Below, in pieces: positions 53,501 to 64,000 of a stretch of 64,000 nucleotides of DNA. This stretch comes from Octopus vulgaris (Eukaryota). The notes below the pieces were generated by a model. The model was not told where the DNA came from, searched no databases, and saw nothing but the letters and a program-made list of their open reading frames with translations. Within the stretch, counting starts at the first letter, position 1, and every line of letters starts with the position of its first letter. Where the stretch lies: contig OX597815.1 of the NCBI GenBank assembly GCA_951406725.2, positions 57,226,001-57,290,000 of the forward strand. The letters run 5' to 3'. The translations under genes and the position numbers were made by a program.

Positions 53501-56500
53501 ATATATTGATTTTAATACATACATGCATATATGCATACATAAATATTCATACATACATTTTTATACCTAGATAATCAACGATGTATGTTTAAAATTCAAC
53601 GTATGTATGAAAATCTGCATGTATACATAGACTTCATATCTAGATTTTATACATTGATTTTGATACAAGGATTTCATTCATACATACATAAATCTATAAA
53701 TCTATAGAATTCTATGTATAACAATTTATATACATACATACATTTTCATAACTAAATTTTCAAACAAATATTTCGTAGACATTCTTATTTATATATGAAT
53801 ATGTACGTACAAAAATTTAGATATAGAGGAAAATCTAGGTACGAAAATTGTCATAATCTCATTGAGTTTCATACATACATAGATTTCCATACGTTGAATT
53901 TTATACAGACATAGGAGAAAATCTGAAAAGCGATGTATGACAATTTTCAAACGTAGATTTTGAGGCATAAATAGATTTCATAGCTAAATATTTATACATA
54001 CATTTGCATACCTAGATTTATATCAATGAAAGTAATAAATTCGATTTATTAAAATCTGTACACATAAAAACTAATATATGTATAAAAATCTATGAATGTA
54101 TAAAAATCAATCTATGCATAAAAATCAATGTCTAAAAATCAATGTATGAAAATCTATGAAAATTTATGTATAAAATTCAACGTATGAAAATCCAGGTATG
54201 TTTCAAATCTAGGTATGTATGACAATTTTTAAGACATTAATTTTCATGCATTGGTGTTAATACATAGGTTTTAAAACATATTCTTTCTATGAAAACCTAT
54301 GTATATTTGAGAATCTATGTATGACAAATTTCATACATAGATTTGGATGCATATAAAGATTTTTATACATTAATTTTCATACATATATAGATTTCCATAC
54401 GTTTTCAGGTATAGATTTTTACATATATCTAGATTTTCATACATAGATCTTCTACATATGAAAATCTGTAAATGAAAATCTATGCTCGAAAACCAATGTA
54501 TGTATGAAATTCAATGAATAAAAATTTATAAACCTCTGAAAATATATGTATGTATGAAAATGTATGTATGAAAATGTTATACATAAAGAACTACACATTG
54601 ATAGGCATAAAAATTTATGTATGCATAAATATCTAGGTAATAAGATGATGTAAGTACAAATATATATGTATGAAAATCGAAGCATATATAAACGTATGAA
54701 AATCTAGGTATGAATCTGTATGAAAATCTGCATAAAAATCAGTATGAAAATCAATAAATAAAAATCCATTTATGTTTCATGATAAATGTATGAAAATCTA
54801 TATGTATAAAATTCAATGTATTAAAATCTGTATGTATGCATAGACTTTCATATATATATATATTATACGTCTAAAAAATCTGTTTGTCTGAAAATCTATG
54901 TATGAAAATCAATATATGTCTGACAATTTTTATATATAGATTTTCATTTTATATATAGATTTTACATACATCGATTTTTATACATTGATTTTAATACATA
55001 CATGCATATATGCATACCTAAATATTCATACGTACATTTTCATACCTAGATAATCAACGATGTATGTTTAAAATTCAACGTATGTATGAAAATCTGCATG
55101 TATACATAGACTTCATATTTAGATTTTATACATTGATTTTGATACAAGGATTTCATTCATACATACATAAATCTATAAATCTATAGAATTCTATGTATAA
55201 CAATTTATATACATACATACATTTTCATAACTAAATTTTCAAACAAATATTTCGTAGACATTCTTATTTATATATGAATATGTACGTACAAAAATTTAGA
55301 TATAGAGGAAAATCTAGGTACAAAAATTGTCATAATCTCATTCAGTTTCATACATACATAGATTTCCATACGTTGAATTTTATACAGACATAGGAGAAAA
55401 TCTGAAAAGCGATGTATGACAATTTTCAAACGTAGATTTTGAGGCATAAATAGATTTCATAGCTAAATATTCATACATACATTTGCATACCTAGATTTTT
55501 ATCAATGAAAGTAATAAATTCGATTTATTAAAATCTGTACACATAAAAACTAATATATGTATAAAAATCTATGAATGTATAAAAATCAATCTATGCATAA
55601 AAATCAATGTCTAAAAATCAATGTATGAAAATCTATGAAAATTTATGTATAAAATTCAACGTATGAAAATCCAGGTATGTTTCAAATCTAGGTATGTATG
55701 ACAATTTTTAAGACATTAATTTTCATGCATTGGTGTTAATACATAGGTTTTAAAACATATTCTTTCTATGAAAACCTATGTATATTTGAGAATCTATGTA
55801 TGACAAATTTCATACATAGATTTGGATGCATATAAAGATTTTTATACATTAATTTTCATGCATATATAGATTTCCATACGTTTTCAGGTATAGATTTTTA
55901 CATATATCTAGATTTTCATACATAGATCTTCTACATATGAAAATCTGTAAATGAAAATCTATGCTCGAAAACCAATGTATGTATGAAATTCAATGAATAA
56001 AAATTTATAAACCTCTGAAAATATATGTATGTATGAAAATGTATGTATGAAAATGTTATACATAAAGAACTACACATTGATAGGCATAAAAATTTATGTA
56101 TGCATAAATATCTAGGTAATAAAATGATGTAAGTACAAATATATATGTATGAAAATCGAAGCATATATAAACGTATGAAAATCTAGGTATGAATCTGTAT
56201 GAAAATCTGTATAAAAATCAGTATGAAAATCAATAAATAAAAATCCATTTATGTTTCATGATAAATGTATGAAAATCTATGTACGTATGAAAATCAATGT
56301 ATGTATAGAAATGTATAAATCTGTGTATGAAAAATCAATGTATGTATGACAATGTTCGATTTTCATACATCGATTTTTATACATACATTTTTATACCTAA
56401 ATTTTCATCTATGTATGTATAAAATTCAATGTATTAAAATCTGTATGTATGCATAGACTTTCATATATATATATATTATACGTCTAAAAAATCTGTTTGT

Positions 56501-59500
56501 CTGAAAATCTATGTATGAAAATCAATATATGTCTGACAATTTTTATATATAGATTTTCATTTTATATATTGATTTTAATACATACATGCATATATGCATA
56601 CCTAAATATTCATACATACATTTTCATACCTAGATAATCAACGATGTATGTTTAAAATTCAACGTATGTATGAAAATCTGCATGTATACATAGACTTCAT
56701 ATCTAGATTTTATACATTGATTTTGATACAAGGATTTCATTCATACATACATAAATCTATAAATCTATAGAATTCTATGTATAACAATTTATATACATAC
56801 ATACATTTTCATAACTAAATTTTCAAACAAATATTTCGTAGACATTCTTATTTATATATGAATATGTACGTACAAAAATTTAGATATAGAGGAAAATCTA
56901 GGTACGAAAATTGTCATAATCTCATTGAGTTTCATACATACATAGATTTCCATACGTTGAATTTTATACAGACATAGGAGAAAATCTGAAAAGCGATGTA
57001 TGACAATTTTCAAACGTAGATTTTGAGGCATAAATAGATTTCATAGCTAAATATTTATACATACATTTGCATACCTAGATTTATATCAATGAAAGTAATA
57101 AATTCGATTTATTAAAATCTGTACACATAAAAACTAATATATGTATGAAAATCTATGAATGTATAAAAATCAATCTATGCATAAAAATCAATGTCTAAAA
57201 ATCACTGTATGAAAATCTATGAAAATTTATGTATAAATTCAACGTATGAAAATCCAGGTATGTTTGAAATCTAGGTATGTATGACAATTTTTAAGACAAT
57301 TATTTTCATGCATTGATGTTAATACATAGGTTTTAAAACATAATCTTTCTATGAAAACCTATGTATATTTGAGAATCTATGTATGACAAATTTCATACAT
57401 AGATTTGGATGCATATAAAGATTTTTATACATTAATTTTCATGCATGTATAGATTTCCATACGTTTTCAGGTATAGATTTTTAGATATATATAGATTTTC
57501 ATACATAGATCTTCTACATATGAAAATCTGTAAATGAAAATCTATGCTTGAAAACCAATGTATGTATGAAATTCAATGAATAAAAATTTATAAACCTCTG
57601 AAAATATATATATGTATGAAAATGTATGTATGAAATTTTTACACTTACGCAGATACGTAAGTGTAAAAATCTATATATTACATCTATGTATGTATGAAAT
57701 CTACGTATGAAAATCTTCTTATACAATGTTTGAAAAGACTAAGTGATGATCTATGTATGTATGGAAATCTTCGTATAAAAATGTTTGTATGACAATTTTC
57801 ATACATAATTTTTCTTGCATCCATAGAATACATGAAAAGGTATTTACATTTTCATACCATAATCTTTATACATTTTCATAACTAGATTTTATACATAAAT
57901 TTCTATACGTTTTTATAAAAAGATTTTTATGCATTTTTATACATACGTTTTTATACATACGTTAAGATTTTCATACAACGATACGTAAATTTTAAGATTT
58001 ACAACAACGATGCATAAATAGGTATAAAAATCTAGGTATGAAAATCATACATAGGATGAATAAAAATCTATTCATGTTTAAATATCTATATGAAATAATC
58101 TACTTATGTATGAAAATCGCATCTAATAAAAATCTATTCATGTTTAAATATCTATATAAAAGAATCTACTTATGTATGAAAATCGCATCTATGAAACAAT
58201 TATTGTGGAACAATTTGAAAACACAAAGGCAAATTTTTTTGAAGGCTTGTAAAAGCCAAGTGAAAGGCTTGTTGAGCCACATCCGAAAATGGATTCTCCT
58301 ATCTGCTGTTCAACTTTATCAGGTGAAAAAAGCTCAGCGGCAGTCACGCCAAAAACAGAAGCCAGAGCGAAGTTCGCAGAAGTAGCGGGCAAAAAAAAAA
58401 AACGTTAACACCGAAAAAAGCCCCGTAGCATGTTTGATAAAGGAGGTTAATGAAGTGACAGTAATACCAGAGGACAGAGGAAGTAGATGAAAGAATGATA
58501 ATTTACATAACGTATAATACAACAATAAAAACAATTGAAACAGTGAAAGAAAAAGAATCAAGAATTGTCTAAAGACAATATGGTAGGTCATCACATATAT
58601 AAACCGTGGCCGGTTGAGATGAGGTTCAGGAGAAAGGACGTGAGAGCAGAGTGACAACCTAGGCCGCAGTAAGCAGCACCAGTAAAAACCAGTAGCAAAA
58701 ACACCAAAAACTACAGCATCGACAGAAACCAAAGAAGCAACAGAAACGACAAGCGGCGAAGAAAAGGAAAAAGAGAAGTGGTGGTCAAAAATCACTGTCA
58801 AAAAAGGGAAAGCAGAAACCACACCTCAGAAAGAGAGCGAAAAGTAGAAACAAGAAACTACGGTGTTCTCCTTCCCTCTTGTGGTTCTGACAGACAATGC
58901 ATTTACAGCACACTGGGGTCTCCCTACACCACGTCTCCGAGGCGTGTCTCGTCAGGGAACACAAATTCATCTGGGATGCTTTAAAAATTTTTATAAACAG
59001 AATTTTATAAATTAAATTTTATACATACACAGATGAAGATCTATGTATAAAAATTGTCATACATACATAAATTTTCGTATATATTTACATATATAGATTT
59101 TTAATCATGTATGTATGATTTTCATACATAGATTTTTGTACTTTCATGGATTTTTGTACTTTGATAATTATAAAAATCTACGTATGCAAACGTATGAAAA
59201 TTCTGGTATGAAATCTAGCTATGACAATGTATGAAAATGTATGTAGATATGTATCTTAATATGAAAATCGATATCTGAAAATTTCTGGATGCATGAAAGT
59301 TGTCATGCATAAATTGACTTTTATAGAGATTTTCAGATTTGAAAATCTAGATAGATTTTTATACATACATTTATTTGATACACAGATTTTTATACTGATG
59401 TAGATTTTCACACTTAGATTTTCCTACATATACATATATAGTTTTCATACATATATCGATTTTTATTTATGAAAATTTATGTATGAAATCTAGTTATGAC

Positions 59501-62500
59501 AATGTATAAGGTTCAAGGTATGAGAATGTATATACATATATGTGTTTAAATATGAAATTTGATGTATAAAAATTTATGGATGCATGAAAACCTATGTATG
59601 AAATTGTTATACATACAATGACACGTAGATTTTCACACGCAGTTTTCACACGCAGATTTTTACACCTTGATATTCAAACATAGATTATATCTAGATTTTT
59701 ATACGACATGAATTTTCATATCTATATTATTATACATAGATTTTTATACCTATCTATGTATGTATGAAAGTATGCAAATATATGTATGAAAATTTCTGGT
59801 GGCATGAAAATCTATGTATGAGAGTGGTCATGCATAAATTGACTTTTATACCTAGGTTTACATAGATTTTTAGATTTTAAAATATAGATAAATTTTTATA
59901 CATACATTCATTTGATATACAGATTTTTATACTTAGATTTTCTTGCATATATAGTTTTTATACATATATAGCTTTTATACATGTATCGATTGTTATATAT
60001 GGGTTTTAAAACATAAACAGATTTTCATGCTTAGATTTTTATACATAGTTATGATTTTGTAATTTCATGTATTTTCATACCTAGATATTTATACATGTAT
60101 GTTTTTACACCTATCTATGTTTGAAAATCTATATATGTATAAAATCTATGAAAACGTATGAAATCTAGTTATGGGAATGAATAAGGATCAAGGTATGAGA
60201 ATGTATGTACATATATGTATTTAAATATGAAATTTGATGTATCAAAATTTATAAATGCATGAAAATCTGTATGAATTTGTCATACATACGTTGACTTATG
60301 TATATTTTAACACGTAGATTTTCCTACATATTTTCCTACGATTATTTTCTGATATACATGTATAGATTTTGATGCATACATTTTTACACATGGATTTACA
60401 TTAAATTGTATATCTAGATTTTTATACGACCCATCTATGTATGTATGAAAGTATGCAAATATATGACAATGTATGGAAATGCATGCATGTATAAAGATCT
60501 AGCCATCAAAATGGCTGTATGAAACTGATTTTTATCCATAAATTTTTATACACAGATTTTTATACATTAAATTTTATACATACACAGATGAAGATCTATG
60601 TATGAAGATTATTATACATACATCAATTTTCGTGTATATTTACATATTCATTCATGTATGTATGATTTTCATACAATGCTTTTTTATTTTCATACCAAGA
60701 TTTTTATACATACGTAGATTTTTATGTCTATCAATGTTGTAAAATTTGTGTAATAAATGTATCAAAATCTACCTATGAAAACGGAAATTTATGTTTAGAA
60801 TCTATTTATGAAAATGTATAAAGATAAAGGTATAAAAATGTATGTATTCTATAAAAGCATAAAAATCTATATAGTGAAATTGTCATACATACATTTTTAT
60901 ACGTATAATTTTACACATACATAGATTCTTTGTACCTAGATTTTCGAAAAATACATAGATTTTAACACCAAGATTTACATAAACACATAGACACATATTT
61001 TCATACACACATATACGTAGATTTTCATAAGTACATAGATTTTTATACGTAGATTTTCAGAAATACGTAGATTTTTATATATAGATTTTTAAACATAAAT
61101 AGATTTTCATTCATGTAGAGATTTTCATACATTGATTTTTGTACTTTTAAACATTTTTATACTTTGATAGTTTTCAAAATATACCTATGCAAACGTATAA
61201 AAATTCAGGTATACATCTAGCTATGACAATATATGAAAATAGGAAAAATCGATGTATGAATATTTCTGTATGCATGAAAATATATGTATGAAAGTTTTCA
61301 TACAAAGTTTTCATACTTTTATACGTAGATTTCCATAGATTTCTATATTTATACATACATTCATTTGATATACAGATTTTTATACATGTAGATTTTCATA
61401 CTTTTCCTACATATATGGTTTTCCTACATATATAGTTTTTATACCTATTTATATAGTTTTCATATATATAATTTACATAGATTTTTATATATGTGTTCTC
61501 AAATATATTTTCATGCTTAGATTTTTATACATAGATATGATTTTCTACTTTCATGGATTTTATACGTAGATATTTATACATATATAAATTTTTATACTTA
61601 TCTATGTATGAAAATCTATATAAAATCTATATAAAATCTAAGAAAAGTTATGAAAATTAATGTATAAAATCTAGTTATGACAATGTTTAAGGATCAAGGT
61701 ATGAGAATGTATGTACATATATGTATTTATATATGAAATTTGATGTATAAAAATTTATGGAAGCATGAAAGTCTTTGTATGAGATTGTCATACATACGTT
61801 GACTTACGTAGATTTTCCTACATATCTAGGCTTTGATACCATGATATTCATACGTAGATTTTCATATAAACGTAGAAGATTTTAAGACAATTATTTCCTT
61901 ATATACATGTATAGATTTTTCAAATTGTATATCTAGATTTATATACAACAAATTTTCATACCTAGATTTTTATACAGATTTTTATACCTATCTATGTATT
62001 AATGAAAGTATGCAAATATATGACAATTTTTGAAATTGTATTTTATGCATACGTTTGTATACATAGATTTTCGTTAAATTGTATATCTAGATTTTTATAC
62101 GACATGAATTTTCATACATAGATTTTTATACAGATTTTTATACCTATCTATGTATGTATAAAAGTATACAAATATTTGACTATGTAGGCATGAAAATAAT
62201 TGTATGAAACATTGATTTTTATACATGAATTGTTATACATTAAATTTATACATACAAAGATGAAGATCTATGTATGAAAATTGTCATACATACATAAATT
62301 TTCGTACAACTTTACAGATATACAGATTGTCAAATATATATATTTTCATACATACAGAGATTTTATAACTTATGTATGTATGTATGTATGTATTGAAATC
62401 CATGTGTGATAATCTCTGTATCAAGATTCGTACATAGATTTTAATAAATACATATTTTTTTAGATTTTTATACGTAAACCTTCATAAAATATTTGTTTGT

Positions 62501-62620
62501 ATTTATAAAAATCTATGTATAGTTATCTATGTTTGTATGAAAATCTATGTATGTATGAAAATCTACGTATGATTATCTATGTATTTTTGAAAATCGATGT
62601 ATAGGTAAATTTTAATTTTT
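50520..62620. repeat. AT-rich satellite built on tatgaaaatctatg-like motifs, with ~1.44-1.59 kb tandem units at ~50870-57630
   Basis: Marker aaaattgtcataatctcatt recurs at ~50880, 52320, 53845, 55322 and 56907. Confidence 0.9.
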
Positions 62621-63179
62621 AGCACTCAGAAACTAAGGTAACTTGCTTTCAAAATTAGCATTTTGAAAGCAAGTTAACTTCGTTTCTGAGCGCTAAAAAT
62701 TAAAAAGTTAAACTTTCTTTGAAAATGCTAATAATGATCAGCTAGGTACACACACATATATAAATACATTCACATACGTATATATTTCTGCTGCTTAAAA
62801 CAAAGCATATGGTATTTGAGTACTCTTTTTTCCCCCTTGTTTCACATTTATGTAATTCTATATATATAAATATAGATGTTTTTTTTAGTTATCTCCCTCG
62901 TCAAGAGAAGATACAATTCTTTTATACAATTTTTTTACTATTTTCAGTTATTTCCAGTCTAGCAAATAGACCCCAGAACCTGCCTATTGATGGAGTTAAA
63001 TTTAAGGGAGATAACTAAAAATAGATTAAGTACTATGCCTACAAAGAATAGGTTCTGGGGTCTATTTGGTCGACTGGATCACGGCCGCAGTGAAGTAACT
63101 GAAAATAGTAAAAAATTGTATCTTCTGTTGATGACAAATTTAAGGGAGATAACTAAAAAATATCTTCTAGAGTTACTTC

Positions 63180-63221
<42 letters not shown>

Positions 63222-63560
63222 GAAGTAACTCTAGAAGATATTTTTTAGTTATCTCCCTTAAATTTGTCGTCTCATATATATATATATATATACACACATG
63301 TTTGTATATCTGTTTATCCCCCGAACATCGCTCCACAACCGACGCTGGTGTGTTCACGTCCCCGTAACTGATGGGTTCAGCAAAACAGGCCGATAGATTA
63401 AGTACTATGCCTACAAAGAATAGGTTCTGGGGTCTATTTGGTCGACTGGAGCACGGCCGCAGTGAAATAACTGAAAATACTAAAAAATTGTATCTTCTGT
63501 TGATGACAAATTTAAGGGAGATAACTAAAAAATATCTTCTAGAGTTACTTCCCTTATATT

Positions 63561-63590
<30 letters not shown>

Positions 63591-63592
<2 letters not shown>

Positions 63593-64000
63593 ACATAAGG
63601 GACTAAAGCCATCTGAATATGGTTAGGGACAGGGCAGGGTGGTGGGTGTGTTACTGTTGCATTTAGCCCCAGGCGAACATCGACGTCACCAGAAAGGCTC
63701 GACACCGTCACGGTGCCCTTAACCTGCAAAGGGAGGTAATTCCCCGATGAAGCGGAAACCACACACGGACCATGGTTTCAAGGTGTATTGCCTATCATCG
63801 GCGTGTGGTAGGCCTCCGCTTCCTCGACGAATTCTCACTCTGCAGGATTTTCTTATATAGATTTTCAAGCAAAATACATTTGCTGATTTCGAAAATCTGT
63901 TCGAAAGCAATAATAATTCTCTAAAAGGGATATAGACAGTAACTGCTCGATAACATAAGGGACTAAAGCCATCTGAATATGGCTAGGGACAGGGCAGGGT
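63591..64000 (-). repeat. Start of a third 359-bp array (hammerhead motif at 63749-63822, minus strand), running off the window
   Basis: Same unit and same start phase as 43047, with a few substitutions. Confidence 0.92.

Overview
Eukaryotic, repeat-dense genomic DNA. The SINE types, (TA)n/(CATA)n/(CA)n microsatellite load and expanded GC-rich 28S suggest an octopus or other cephalopod (inference). Only one host gene is supported: two phase-matched coding exons (589-724 and 22879-23315) of a class I SAM-dependent methyltransferase. They are separated by a ~22 kb intron full of nested transposons (Gypsy, R4/Dong-like LINE, Helitron, mariner, SINEs, Penelope remnants). After the gene come a Penelope-like element, Helitrons, a CpG-rich repeat block carrying an orphan 28S rRNA 3' fragment, and an AT-rich higher-order satellite. 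The most notable feature is a near-perfect 359-bp tandem array: about 10 units, then about 7 inverted units at 43047-49304, and a third array starting at 63591. Each unit carries a type I hammerhead-ribozyme fold with a palindromic helix III and a non-canonical core (CCGAUGA). This is a candidate non-LTR retrozyme (circular-RNA-producing) system. Most ORFs in the supplied track are microsatellite or satellite artefacts.
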